Positions 13,086-28,816 of a stretch of DNA of 64,000 nucleotides are shown here, in pieces. Each line of letters starts with the position of its first letter. Within the stretch, counting starts at the first letter, position 1. Under the pieces are notes generated by a model. That model saw nothing but the letters and a program-made list of their open reading frames with translations. It had not been told where the DNA came from and made no database searches. Both the position numbers and the translations under genes were made by a program. This stretch comes from Ophelia neglecta (Eukaryota), in contig OZ260666.1 of the NCBI GenBank assembly GCA_965285935.1, forward strand, positions 65,534,001-65,598,000, read 5' to 3'.

Positions 13086-16000
13086 AATCATATCTTTGTA
13101 TCTATTAATACATTACTAGGGGACCAGCTGAACAAATTTCATAGTAAACTATTTTAGGAAAAATGCACCATACTATTATTGCAAACATTTGAAAAATTGC
13201 CTATAGACTTCTGTGTAATGACGGCCCAGAAACTAACTTATTCCCAGGATATACACATCTACCTAAATGGGGACTTTAATAAGGAAATCATTTAGTCATT
13301 GATTCACATAAAAACTCGAGCTGTTTTCCTCAATATATGCAATGATAAACGGGCCAGGACAAAAGGAGATTATTTTCTCTGTGTATTGGCTGGCCTGACT
13401 TTGACTTTCGGTCCAATGCCAATGAGACTTCAGATATTTCTACGCTTCTGCTTGCACAGTTTATCCATCTACTGCAGTATTTAATGGCCATACAATTGAA
13501 CACTGTTTCTTGGCAGTTTGATAGCCAAACCATGATGAATGTGCTATAATCTGGGAAACGGAAGACCAAGGCCTTTTTTAGCTTTGTTAGTGTATTGAGC
13601 TGCTTGATAAATTTAAGAGTATTGACCTGGTACAAACTGACTTTCCATTTCAATGCTGCCGTTTAGAAGTTAATTAAATCTCCACGGAGCTCACCCACCA
13701 ATAGATGTATAGATATCACGCTTACTGGGACCACCAGATGGCTGAAGAGGAGTTGGCAGAATGACTGTTTCAAATGTATGGGTATATGCATCAAATGGCA
13801 GTAATACAGGCTAATCCATCAAATAATCAATAGAATGCACCACAGTCATTTCTCTGTCGTTTCTATACGCCTCAGGTCAGCATGATAGTAGTGCATTCCA
13901 TCAAACTGGTCACCAATCAGAGCCGAGCAGCTGACACGGTAGCAATCCCCTCAATTACTGTGACGATAATGATGTATATGTAGTGTCTCGATACTACCGC
14001 TTCATTGAGGTGGACATCCATCATTGGGATCTTCTATTTGAACAAACAGGGGAGTTGGAATAGTCTATTTTATATAAAAGGTGTTTCACTGGAGGCGTAC
14101 ATACACATATTGATTTTACTATGAACATCAGCCAGGCACAAACCATCGACAAATTATCGTTTCCAGCACCTACAAAATTCCATTTCCTTCCTTAGCAAAT
14201 TGGTGTGGCCTGATTGGCTGAGAGTCCTCCCATTAGTTATTGAGAGCTACAAGTCTCTCACGGGAGAGAACGAGAGGCTCAAGATCCGCTCCAAGGTTAT
14301 CTGTAAGCTGTGTATACACACAATAGGCAGTTTATTGTGACATGACTGGTGGCTAGAGCGGACCACCTACTGGCCAATTACTACATGTACCTGGCTCAAT
14401 GTATTGACCAAGCTAAAACGTTAAACTACAACGTTGCCAATAATGGTCATAATCGAATATCACCTATTAGGTTCTTACCTTATAAACATAAAAGCACTCC
14501 CCTAGTGGCAGCTTTTTGAACTTAATAAAGATTGGGTACCCCTCTCCCCCACCCACCTGCACCCCTCCCCCTCCCCCAAGAGATCCTGCGCTGACCAAGC
14601 TCCATTTACCACGACCTGGTAGATGATGGGTAAGGACCTCGATTGTTAAACCAATGAAGTGGAAAGCATGATGTTATTACATTGACCAGTGCTTCCTGAT
14701 ACACCAGTGCTTCCTGATAGGAGACAATATTACCTAGCAACCTGATTTGTATCTGGGGTACATGGGATGACCTGATCAGTACAGCAGGTACATTCTGGTT
14801 GGAAATGACATTCCAAATGTTTGTTCTAATGAAACATAGGTTCTTCACCTTTGAGATGAAGAATAATTAATTGCAGCAATTACTTTGGATGAAGTAGCCA
14901 AATGAAAGTGTGCCTTATATAGTAACTCTATATTATCCCAAGAATATGGGACACATTCAATATATACAGCTCAATCATTTAGAATTAATTGCATTAATGA
15001 ACAATTGTATAAATTCAAGTGAAATAGAATTAGGACCAATCATATTAACATGTTCCTTTTCATTTCCTGTGAATGCCCTAATGCTCACAGAGTTTAATTG
15101 CACAAGTTACATTTTCTCTATGATGATTGAAATTGTAACCTACACGTACATAATTCCAGTCCCTGTTTTTTCAGACAGTGATTTCCTTGGCTGATAACAC
15201 AAAGTCTGCATCTAGAACAGAGCAGACGCACATGGAAGATGGGAGGGTTCAGACAGAATTTTCAGCTGATACAGGATTGGTTAAATAAATGAATTTCCAA
15301 TATTTCAGTGTATCAATACAAGACCATAAAATATAAATCTGAGCAGTATTTCAGTGGTTATGGTGTTATTTATTGAGGTTAGTCTCCAGACCTTCCCCAA
15401 TGCTTATGATGGTTACATTCCATGTTAGCTTCCCACCCATGTTAGCTTTCCTCCTGCTATAATAAACGGTAGCTTCATACAATAAATGTATTTAATTCTG
15501 CTGTTTACCTGCCCTGGGGGAGTTAGCATTACAAATTGACACACCTAGGCTGCCATTCACAGACATGTGTTCTCTACAAACACTCTGTTCATCTCATCAA
15601 TATCTCTCTCACCTGGGACTTTCACCGCTGAAATCATGACCAATAATGAGGACAAAAAACAGCAAAGGTGAAACACAAAGTTGTTTTTCTCGTTTAGGTA
15701 TGACAGAATGAAAAATTAATTGAAAAATTAACCCAGATGTTTTAATTTTAAAAAACCAGTTACTGCTTGCAAGGCTCTAGGTTCCACTATTTAAAAAACC
15801 AACTACTATTTTAACGACCGAAGACTGATGACCCATGACTGAGGGACGAGATGACCAGCCACCGGTTGCTGAGGCCAGTCTGATATCCTGGAAGGTTGTT
15901 CTTTTCTGCCAATAAAGCATAATATTATGCACCATAAAATATTTTCTGTTAAAGGTTTGCAATAATCATACTGCAGTGAATACAGTAATTCATGACCACT

Positions 16001-19000
16001 AAAAGTATTTTTTGGCACAATATAAAATATGCTAAGCATTCATAAATGGTATTAAAGGAGGAAAAAGGGACAAATTCCATATTAAATTTACTTTTTTAAA
16101 TACCACATCTTTGTGTCATGCCAAATAAACTCAGATTGTTTGCCTTAATGTAATAAAACACCAATATAAATAGAAGTGGCAGCAATTACATACTTCTCAA
16201 AGCAAATAATCCTCAACCGCATTATCTATTTATACCGGAATATATTTCATCTAGCATGCAATAAAGCAGACATTAACCTATGGCTACATTATCAGAAAAC
16301 TACCGCTTTAAGTACCAGCCATACTATACACACTGTAGTATCAAACAATGCCTCTGGCAGCTGGGCTGGGGCTACAGCTGCTATACAGTATATAGTACAT
16401 ACCAGGCTTACACTAAGCACTGATTAGGGGGGGTGGGGGGACTGTTTAAGAATACTAATGGCAAGTTTTAGCTAGTGTTTCAACATTCTTGGGGTTAGAA
16501 TACTGTCAGTCATTGCCTCAATAAATATTGCAGGTAGCTTACCACATGGTCGAGTGTGCAGGGGTCAAAACTGAGAAAAGTGACACAAATGAGGACAGTA
16601 GGAGGCCACTTTTTGTTGCAACAATGTTCAATATTGGGCATCACTGCTTTAAAATTTTTAATTAGATCTTAGCTCTCCACATTCGGCTGATGACCAGGCT
16701 AGTTAAATCCTATTTAGTACTGCAATGAGAGTCTCTTATTTCAGGGAATCATGTATACCCACAGATGGGTGGCTTTCATGAGGTGTTTAGAACTTTTCCT
16801 TGTGAACCCAAGATAGAACTGACGGCCAGCTAGCAAGTGGCCACTCTGATGCACACACATGAACATCAAACACTCCTGCCCACCACTCCCAACCCCACCC
16901 CCAACATCTATCAGCAATTATATGCCCGGATATGCCTTCAGGCAAATTTCATTGCCTTCATATCAAAATGAATAAAGTATTCTTTGAGAATGGATGGTTT
17001 ACTGTGATGAGACCTCCTGTCAAGAGGGGGGGTCGAGAACATCATAGGGGAGTAGACTCTCTCAGGTTTTGAAGGCAGGACTGTGACAATCACAGCTGAA
17101 AAGAGGATTAGGATTGACATAATAGTGATATCTAAAGAGCGAGGCAGACAGAAAAGCAAGGAAGACAGCCTTGCTATAGAGATTTATAAAGTAGAGCATG
17201 AATATAAAAAAAAGGACACCCCCCACCACCACCACTGCTCCCCCCCCCCTCGCCCCAGGCTCCCATCATAGGTTAACCTAAAACTGCCTTCAAAGGAGCC
17301 CAAGTGCCGGCTCAAAGCAGTGTTCATGATCAGATGAAGAGTAATGGTTCAATTCTGACCACTGACCAAATGAATGAACTGGGCAGTTTAAGATGCTTTA
17401 AAGGATTACTTGGCACCAACATTGATAACTATCACCCATGACTCACAACCATAATCAAATAAAAGCCAGGATGAGATGCATTTCCAATTTAATTTATAAG
17501 CAAAGACAACTGGACAAAGTCTAATGACCAGTATACGGACATTGTTACATTGTTTAGTCATCAATACCATGAACAAGGCTAGCCAGTGACAGAGGCTGGA
17601 TTAACTAGCACATGTCTGAGAACATTAACCGCTGAGTTAGCAGATGGTGCAGCAGGTTCTAGGAATCCCAGGAAACTTTGATCCTTGTTAAACATGTGCT
17701 CCCACTGACCCTTGGTGATGCAGCACTCTGCAGGAATGAACTGCAGAGGCAGGGTGGGCAGTGGGATGGCTGAGAGGAAGTCCAGTCTCAATCAGGACCA
17801 GACAACTGGCATATGGATTTAATACACCTGTTAGGCATCTGTCACAGTACAGACACTACTTCATGTGTGTGCTTTATCAATACATGGGTGGAGTAGGTAG
17901 AAAAGGAAGCACATTATATACATGGGGAGGGAAAACTTATAAAATAGATCTTTAAACTAGCTACTGGTACAAGTGCATTGCCAACTATCTTCAGTAATAG
18001 TGCACATTGACGTACAGGAAAACTAATTAAAAAGATACAGGCGATAGGAATATATTCAAAAGTCATCAAGAGAACACCAACTCCAGACAAATATTTCTCG
18101 TCGCAGCAATTTTTACAAGCCATTTGGAAATTGAGAGGATTCTTCATTCACCAGGGCAAAGATCTCTCTTTTACAAGCCACTGGAACCTTGGAAGACGGT
18201 TATTTCAATCACCAAGGTAAATTGAGTACCAAATTTTCAAACGGGCTAGATAATAAGTTGAAAGTGTACAGTAGGATTTCATATCAAAAGCAGATGAAAG
18301 GGTGTGGTCAGCGTGGTCTCCACCTGTCTATATCAATCCTCACTATCCAGTGTGACCAGAGAGCAGACTCAGGCTGATGAGGGATCTCCAAAAAGTCTTC
18401 ACTGGCCATGGCTTGCACATATCAACATCCCAGCTGTGCTGTAAAGTATCGACAAGTGTTCAAAGTCCAGAGAAACATATCAAATTGTTGGCACATTTTG
18501 ATTAAGGAATGTATCCTTTCAGAGTTTACTTACACTGGCTTACCTTGGAGTAAGAAGACCTTACGTTTATTCCAACACTTTCGGTATTTATTTGAACAAA
18601 GTACATCAGCCAGCAAGCTTTTTTGGTGGAATATGCTTTGGTTTGCTGACTAGTAATAGGGCAAAATACTTGTGTGGTCTTCCCGTGAACTATCAAACTT
18701 GGCCGTCAAAGGTTACCATAGTAGCTACCAAGTTAACAGAATCCATCATTTACCAAACACTTGCTTTCAACAGCCCAATATTACAAATAATTTCAGCAAT
18801 GCAGCATCATCCAAACCCCATCAAAATACCCATATATCATGTAGTTAGCTGCTGTGCACTGTGTGGCTTGATTGGTAATGGGACTGCGTTGACAATGGCT
18901 ATCTAATAACTGTCTACACATCACTGCCTAGCAATTTTTCAGCTGGTGGCCTATGGAAAATTTCCCCGTGTATAATTTTATGGCAAAAAAATGGTGTGAA

Positions 19001-21255
19001 AATTACTCCTGCTTGGCTCGACTGGGTAGATTAATGACTGTAATTCATAGACTTTATCTTCTCCCGAGCTATTTAGTCCATTGATGTTTAGGCAACGGAA
19101 ATAAAACACTTTCTTGTTGGTTTGTATGGAGAAAAAAGGCCTGGCTGTATAGACTGTTACTAGTGTGATGTGACAATTTTGTGCTTTAACGTAGCACAAC
19201 ATGGTCACACACAATACTAGATACTGATTAAACTGGCCAGATTCCATTGATTTCTCTAGGACGCAAAACTGGTTATCAGCTACTACAGCATCCAGGATCA
19301 AATTATTTTCCCCAGTGCCTTATATCTTTCTTTTTTTTCATTATAAGGTCTGTTCTGTTGGGGAATAAATAAAAGGTCCTTTGCCTAATTTTACATCATT
19401 AACATTTTACCCTCTTTTTTTTCAAATGGTGTATGTAAATACACAGCATATAATGAAATTCCTGTAGTAGACAATTTTCAATTATTTCTGCAAATTGAAT
19501 TTTACATATGATCATCCCATTAAAAAGAAACAATATCCTTTCATATATATATATGGTATGTATGCCTTCAACCTGACTCAATTGTTGGTATAGCCCCCAT
19601 GCAAACAAGATACAGCCAAATATACAATCAGTAATTGCTAAACATATAGCAATGACAGCAATCAATAAATCAATGTCACTAATAGATGCTCGGGTACATC
19701 AGACCAAATATTTGAGCACAACTTGATCCTCAAATATATGCACTCAAGCATATATTATAGATATTAGAAAATGGATACACAATCCTTTTTTAAATGGCTA
19801 GCAATTACAGAAAATAATGCAAGGTTGCAAAAAAGCATATACAAAGTTTAGTCATGTTTAAAGCATTGTGTTCATTAATTGTCATACATGTAGTTTCTTT
19901 CAGTTCCTTTTCAAAAAAATTGTTTGACTGGTAAAATTTAGCAAGTTTTAATATCTTTCATCTTGGAAGCAAATTAATACTGACATAAATAACTTCTAAC
20001 ACATAATAAATAGCATGTAAAGTGCATAAAATTATCATTATTCATTTCTTAAAAGTATGCACATTTGTCCAACAATATACACAGGTCTTCATCCTCTATC
20101 AATATATACCCTATAACACTGTAATCAGGAATAAAGTGAGTTGTATGAAGTCAAGAGGCATGGCTGTATATATCATCTAAGGTGGAGCATGTTAAGTGGG
20201 CAGGAGAACTATATCATCAACTCTGGCCCCTATCAATACCTAGATACTAAATTAATGAACATAACTCAATCTATACATATAAATATAGATGAGTTTTACG
20301 TGGTAGAATCAATTAGAGTAGTACCAATGCAACTTCATGACATATATTTCTGTAAAGGTAATCAATCCCTCAAGTGATTTTCTTGCCAGTAATGCTACTT
20401 CCAAATATTGCCGTACCCATCTGGTTACTATGATTACTAATGCCAGAGTAGTGGTAAAATAGTGGCAGATCATTCATCTTAATCTACACACACTTTTACT
20501 TGTTCATACTTGTACTTGTCAGTTTTATCATGAAAACACAATAAATTACCCTGATTTACAGGCATGTTTTTATTATCATCGACTGCATATATCTCTATAA
20601 ATCTGTAAAAGGCAAGTATAATAACAAGAAAATATACAGCTATTTAAATCTCAATAATTTAATGCCATAGTTATCTCAACACTTTTTATTTTGACATAAC
20701 CCATGAATCTTTCCACTAATGAAACAAATAGAACATTTTTAATCAATTATTTGGAATATACGTTTACTGATGGCGTTTTACAAGCTGCTATGCAAAAAAA
20801 ATTGACATCAAATATGAGCAGTTACAATATTGAAAGTAAACATTAATCAAACCACTATATCAGAGTGCAATTGAGCCATATCAGATTCTGACCACTGCAT
20901 ATCCACATTAATATTTCACATATCAGCCAAAGAGTACTAGGATATCAAGTGTCAACAGTCAGTGGCTGTTCCACAAAAAAAGAACAAATTGTTTACTTGT
21001 ATGAATAGAAAACCTGGCTGAGTATGACTTATAATATTGCAGTCACCTACAATCTTACTGGATTTGTATTTTTTGGGATTTAATGGTTCATTAACTATCT
21101 TAATGGAAATAAGGAATGTAAAGGATAATATCTTTACAAGCGTGCCATTGATATGCCTGAAAGTTAAACATGATCAACAGGAAATGATGGACATGAGGGG
21201 GGGGTGTTCATTCAAGGCCCTATGCATAGACCCTGTACCTGTACATTCCCCAATT

Positions 21256-21690
21256 CTTCAACATTGCAGGATGGACTCTCCATGAGCTCTATAACACATT
21301 GCAGGATGGACTCTCCATGAGCTCTATAACACATTGCAGGATGAGCTCTATAACACATTGCAGGATGGACTCTCCATGAGCTCTATAACACATTGCAGGA
21401 TGGACTCTCCATGAGCTCTATAACACATTGCAGGATGGACTCTCCATGAGCTCTATAACACATTGCAGGATGGACTCTCCATGAGCTCTATAACACATTG
21501 CAGGATGGACTCTCCATGAGCTCTATAACACATTGCAGGATGAGCTCTATAACACATTGCAGGATGGACTCTCCATGAGCTCTATAACACATTGCAGGAT
21601 GGACTCTCCATGAGCTCTATAGCACATTGTAGGATGGACTCTCCATCAGCTCTATAACACATTGTAGGATGGACTCTCCAATAGCTTTAT
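21256..21690. repeat. Minisatellite, 35-bp unit (ACATTGCAGGATGGACTCTCCATGAGCTCTATAAC), about 12 near-identical copies including two 24-bp deletion variants
   Basis: Period of 35 bp (21261, 21296...); units are near-identical and directly abutting. Confidence 0.95.
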
Positions 21691-24600
21691 TCATTCAGCC
21701 AGGATGATGCAGATCCCAGGGGCACCTCTTTATGATAGGTGCTATCAACAAAATGTGATCTTAATTTAAGGTGTGTGGATCTGGGAGCAACTACAATTGA
21801 TAATGAACTAAATCACACATAACGTTAGCATTAGGATCAAAGTAATAGGGCTATTGTCTACCTCCCCCCCCCCCTACCCCCTTCCCATCATTGCTGGCAA
21901 TTCACTGAACGAGAAGAGTACATGTATGTAAACTATTCTACTTTCTTTCAGTATGACCAATCTCCCCCCTTCCCCCATCCCTTACTGACCCTTGACTACC
22001 ATAAGGTTTGGTATAGAGCAGTAGGAGATTTGCCTTCAGCTGCCACAGATGATCTATCAGTGTGGATAGATTTAACCCCAGTGTAATGGACATTATTGTG
22101 TTCAAGCAAGACATAGAGTCACCACTGTAAAACAGTATATAATGCCATGACAACATCACCAGCTTTTATTGCATCTCATACCGAGATATTACAAAAAAAA
22201 TCCAAATCCTACATCATATCCTGGAGGATAATATTCATAAAACACATATATATATGTCAGATGATAAAACCCATGTTATAGATATTAATACCTTCTAAGG
22301 TACAATGCATAGAGATAGTTCGGCCTACAGTAGACATGCCCATGAAGCATGTCCTGACCAAGAAGCCAAACACTGAATGGAGCACACCAGCCCATTGGGA
22401 TCTGACTACCATGAATTATTGAGGGCAATCAATTAATAATCTCAGTAGGAGTGAGAATCTGGACCTGTAAAGCCGGGTTGAATTGCATGGGCAGTTTGAC
22501 CCACAATAAGCTTGGTGTTGAATTCGCATGTTATCACATACATGTATCAACATCAATGATCAAACAATTAAGTAAACACCATCTTATATAAATCCCTTAT
22601 TTCAACAGTACAACTACATGTGTTTATTATTGCAGATTTGTAAAAAGTGAAAATAACACACAAAAGGTTGCATTTGCTTTTTCCTAAGTTAGTTTCTATT
22701 TTCTACTTTGGAATTCTAGTTGTGTTTTTTTTGTCCTAATTAAACAAACAACATAAATTTGACAATCTTTGATATATTAATTTGAATACAACATAAATCA
22801 CCACATTCCATGATACTTTTATTTTTACACACCTTAAAACTTAACAGGCAGCCATCAGTAGTTGGCACCCTGAATCATTTCAATGAATAAAATGTGCCAC
22901 AGTGTTTAATACATCATGCAAAAGTAAGGTACAATGGGTAGCATGCATTGTTGTAATGTATGAAATGAATACAGCATATGATAGTGGCATCATAAATAAA
23001 CATAAAGGCACAAGTATGACCATCTGCTGCCTAAAGCCTCTCATTTCAATAGGTAGAATAATAGCTGAGTAATATATACATGAAACAGGTGCCAATTCCA
23101 TGGTTAATTAGTTAGAAAATAAGACAGGGTGAATTGGAATTGCTCTCATCATTACCTCTGGGTTGTAAAACAGCAGTGATATGGTACAATTTATGATGAC
23201 ATCAATAAAAATCGTCAATAATAATGAGCAAATTGAATAGCAGATTTTAACAACCAATGTTAGATCCATTATAATCAATAATAATAATGACCAATTATTA
23301 CACTTAATTCATCATATAAAAAAAACTTTGTGAAGTATGTGAAGAATCCAATGTGGACTTGTAAAGACATTTCAGCAAGTAGCAGTCAACTGATGGTATA
23401 CACCTTGAGGAATGTTAAGACTATGAAGCTTTGACTACAAATAAGGCTCCTGAGCTAAGTATACAGGAACCTTATGATAACATTAAAATGGGTGGGCTAA
23501 GCCGGTGGGTCCTAGTGCTGGAGCTGGCTCACAAGTACTTGTTGAGTCTAGACTTTAAATCAGATCGATTCGGGATATATACATATTTACAGACCTGCTT
23601 GTACTACATACTTTTGTAAAAACAATCCAGAGAGAGCCTTAGGTGTGGGGACAATAAATAAAACAGAAGTTGATCAAAGTGCAGCTACCTATAAGGCATA
23701 ATCAGATGTTCTCAGTTTCAAATGGCTTTGTTACCAGTGAAGGGGAAGCTCATGCAGTTCAGCCCAAGTTAACAACACATATTCTTTTACAGAGGCATGT
23801 GACGTGTTGACTAACAAGGATTCGATTGGCATCAGTTTCATTCAATAATAAAAATACACAACTATTGAATATATTTAATTTTTGATGAATAAAATTCCTA
23901 TTAATGTCTCCCTGACTGCAAGGTAGTACCCGCACTTCCCTTTACAACAATTCTTGATTTTTATTTTGCCCCAACCCATTCCTTACCCACCACACAGAGC
24001 TCCCCCCCCCCCATCCCCGCCCCTCCCCTCCTCCTCTTCTATTGATCAGACAGGAGATATACATGTACCTTCACGGCCATGCTGCCCCACTCTTCCCTTC
24101 CACTGAGCTGACAGTGCACATCCCTCAAATCCCTACTTCATGATCAGACTCTCTCCTCAAATATATACTGAATAGAAACATAAGCTCCCCTCTTCCCCCT
24201 AAAGAAATACACAGAGTACCCCTCTGCCCCAAAAAACACACACACATACACACACACGTACAGGACCATTAAGATATATGTGTACAGCAGTGGATCTCAA
24301 TCCTCCCCCTCTTCCTCCTCCTCCCAATAATTTATCACAGACATATATCCCCACCCCCTTCATAACAAGACAACCATTGGATCCATCCCTCCCCCTCCCC
24401 TCAGATGCACATAGATCTATCCCTTCCACCACTGACACCCCCCTCCCCATGGCCAGCCAGCCAGTACATGCCATACCTATATGACCAGGCAGTAGATTGC
24501 TAGGTAATCTACTTTGCCTCGTTCTCCTTTAAACTGCCCAGTATATTTCAAGGTACCACCACTGAGAGGCAATCAAGCTGATGAAGGCCACTTGTACACT

Positions 24601-27600
24601 TCTCCTGGCCTCATGACCTTGCCACTTTGCTATAGATAACGGCAATGTCTTTACAATAGTCCCCACACAGGATTCTTGACAGCAGAGGACTGCTCCAGCT
24701 GTTGTATATTATCATGATTATAGACCACCTCTATGTGGTTGGTGGTGCAGAATGCATTTATAAATATAAAAGCTTGTTTAGTGTGTAAAAAATTTTAAAC
24801 TGCTACTTGCCAGAACCATGATCATGAGGATGAGAGCATGACACATGGCATGCAAGTCATAAAGACAGATATGATTCAATTTTATCTCATGATGGTTGTC
24901 AGTCAACTGTGTCTGACTGAGTCAGTGAGGGGGTATATACATACACAATACACACTGCACATCAAGGGGCTAAATAAATCAGGCGCTTTAAATATACAAC
25001 AAATATACCCAATTTGGTAAAAACTGGTCAATTTTTCTCTCATTTGTGCAAATCAATTGCAAATAGTATGTTTAAAATAAAACCTGTAAATTTAAAGGCC
25101 AGAATTGGTAGCTGTCAAGATTACAGTTTTATTTGTGCAAAATGTCATATGTCAACATAATTTATACATGAAAAAAGCCTTGTGCAATTTTAGGGGAAAC
25201 ATGGCTGTTCTAAATAAAAAAAAAGCAAAAAAAGTCCAGGCTGTTTACATAACACTTGATGGGTTTGTTTTAACATTTTTCATGAATTCATCACAAGCAG
25301 GATAAAATATCCTTTAAAATTTGATCAAGTCGCAACACTAAAATGATGACAGTTCCTTCCAAAGCAGACTCAGTATACAATTATTTTTAGCAGTCACACA
25401 GAAAATTCCTGATGTGTTGTATTAAGATAGGGAAAGAGATATCTGTTGTCATTTTTCATTATATAAAGTATAAATTGACAATACTTGACAAGAAACTGCA
25501 ATTTTGGGTGCTGGGCATAGAGGGGTTGGGTGATTGGGGAAGTAGGATCTCCCTTTATTAAAGAATCCCAGACTACACTTGTGATGAAGTGTAAAAGAGA
25601 CAATGCCTCCTTCCCAAGCTCTCCATGAGAGTTGACTATCAAACAAATATATGTATATATATGCAGAACTATTTATGCATGGCATAATCGATTTATTGTT
25701 TGTCTAAAAAGATTTATTCATGCTCCGAATTAAAACCACACAGTGCCACTTACAGACGATGTATTTGTCTGCTGCCGGTAACATACACACAAAAGCACAC
25801 ATCAAGATGGCACACATTTCAGAAATGGTTTCGAATGATAAGAAATCATCCTAAAAACTACATTAATTCTAGAGTTTGCACTGAACATTACCAGCAAAAA
25901 TGTAAGGTTTTTGTTGTGTAAAGAAGGCACACCTAAAGTGGAGGTTTTAAGGCACAGTCAATGAATACAGTATCTAGAATAGACACTTATCAAGGAATGC
26001 ATATTTTGACATTTGGTATATATAAAATATTGTGTTTATACCCTAGTAACCTGGAAACAATGTAAATTTATAGTCACAGTTATTGTCATGTAAACCGTGT
26101 GCTAATGAAAAACATGAAAGAAATGTAGTCAACACCCCAACTAATCTTTTTTTTAAAGCTGCATGAAAAAAACAAAATTATTTCAAATTCCATGTAACCT
26201 GAAACACAACTATTATTTTCAGCCTAAGTGATATACATACAATCATACACAATACTTAATTTCTACTTGAGATGCTGTCATCATGAGCTCAATGTTTCAT
26301 TCCATTTTCAATTGATAAAAATGGAGAAGGGAAGATTTATCAACATCAACACTAATTCCTCATCTTACTTTGGTACAAATGATGTTTTGTGAAATGAGCT
26401 TGGTTAAGAGCACAGCCATAAAAATGTAATGTTATTTGTGACCTTGAAGCCCTAATCACAGGGCAAGTACATTCTTCCCGGTGCAGGTGTTTTCCCAGTG
26501 CAAATCGGTCCATTAGTTGCCAATGGCACTATCACTCCTTGCGGGGAAAGTGGCAATTTATCATGAAAGTGGCATTTATTAATTTACTGAGACAATTTTT
26601 TTTGACAATGAAACATTGAAAAATTTAATGCTTTTCACAAAAGACACATGTATTAAGTCTTACTTTCTATATGAATTACTTTCTATATGACCTGTCCATA
26701 CCTATAAGTCATAATACAGGGTAGGAATAGGTTTTAACTTCCAATCTCTGCTCCCCTCCCCCTTCCCCCTCCCCCCTCCCCTTTAAATCTTCCTCTCTCT
26801 ATCTCCCCTTTCCCCTCTACCTCATTGTTACTCCTTGGTTATGTCGACTTGGATGGAGACCTTGTTGACAACAGACTCCCCAAGGGGAGCCAAACATTGA
26901 TGAAGTACCAACAAAAAAAATCATTAAATTGTATTGCATTAGCACCGAAAATCCCTCAGCACTCCTAACATTGAGTGGCTTGCACCGTCAGAGCAACAGC
27001 TGAGAAACAAGTGAACATCATTCTGACACATTTCTAATGGAATGCTGGATCACAGAACCAACTAGAGTTTAGTCTGGATTGAATTTGCTAGGTGATTGTT
27101 TACTTGCTGAATGATGTGACTATGCTAAGCCGGCCCAGCTGTTTGGTACAAAATGGGAAGTTTTAATATAAAATCATTGCTAAAAGTACATATATTTCCT
27201 AGCTGCCGATTGCACTGGTGATCAGCTGAACATGCGGGTTCTTATTAAAAATTACTGTCTAAATGACAATAAGGGAGGATGGTTTAATTGTGACTGGAGT
27301 ACAATCATATAGATGTTTTATGGCAGTCCTTGCAATTTAAACATTGGAAATATTGTATTATAACATAAAATTTTGCAGCACCTGATTTTTCCCCGGAACT
27401 ACCGAGACAAATGTTATTTTTCAAGTTGCTGAATGTTGTTACCAGATGATAATGCCACTTTTAATTTTCTCAGCACTTTTATTCTGCATACCTTAGTAAA
27501 TGTGAAACTTGCTAAAAAAAGTGCACTTAAGTATTTCATGCTTTACAGTATATTATTAAACAAAAAACTTCAGGAATTTACCACCAGGCAGCCCTTAAAT

Positions 27601-28816
27601 TCAATTCATTGTTCAATTTGTTTCAATTCCAATTCCTTTGAATGCATCAATGACTGTTTCCATGTATAATAACAATTATATAGGTGATGGGTATGTACAT
27701 CGTGTACATAAAAGAGGCTGCAAAACTGGAGTCTGTAGCTAACCTTGAACATCACCATCAGCGGCAGAAAGCTCTAATCAGGCATGAACATTCTACACTA
27801 CACAAACCAAGTGTATACAGAAAATATGCAGGTCTGATTTATAAATTGCAAAATAAAACTAAAATATGGCCAAATCTTGCTCTTATTGACACATGAAAGA
27901 TGATGAATAACACTGTTCCTTTCAAGTTAAACATGAACAGCCTTGAACACATCAAGAAATTCATTTCTGCAGTGATAACAGCTCACATATTTCCTTGCAA
28001 TGTATAAAGGTGATAGGAGCTCTGCGGTGCAGACATAGTTTTCATTCATCAAACCAGGACACTTGTCATATGTTCCATACGATTGGATGTCAGTTTCTAG
28101 TATAAAGTACCTGCAGCGTTAGATGTGGTACAACCACTGCCGAGCGAAAAATGTTAACTATGAGGAGCATATATGATGAGCTAGAAGACGTATGACCACA
28201 TAGGTGACATTTGAATGACAATGTACACAACATGTTTAACACAGCTGCTATGTCAGATACCTTTGTACAAAAGTTCAACAACTTGCGTCACAGTCTTGAA
28301 AAATCAAACAAGGTATGTTCGGCTAGCAATGGTAATCACAGTTGATTGCAATAAAATGTAAACAGTTGAAAATAGTTGAGCACTTTTGATGATTCTGTTA
28401 GTAGCATAAGAATTTGGAATATACTACTTTAATACTAGCGCCTAACACCATAAATAGATGTAAATACTTAAAAACTGCTATTAACCTATAATGCTTTGTG
28501 TTTGTTTTCCACATACTTGAGTATCAGGGAAAGGAAAACAAAATACATGATGGGCTAATGAGTATTTGATTAACTGAGTGACACATTGATACACAATTGC
28601 AGTGACTATCATCAACATTGCAACATGTGTTACAACATTTGAAATCATGTGAAACTACTCTGAGATGTGATACAAGATGTGACCATGTATCATACTCAAG
28701 TGTCATTTAGAGTACAGGTGTCCCTGAACACACGCAGGTGCACAGATAACATGAGAGTCGGTCCACTTGTTTATAATTGTTAAGCATTATAGTCAAAGAA
28801 CCAAAAAAAGTCTTAC

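Noticed and set aside
21256-21690. 35-bp repeats as a CRISPR array
   Set aside because: Units abut directly with no unique spacers, there are no cas genes, and the context is a eukaryotic intron.
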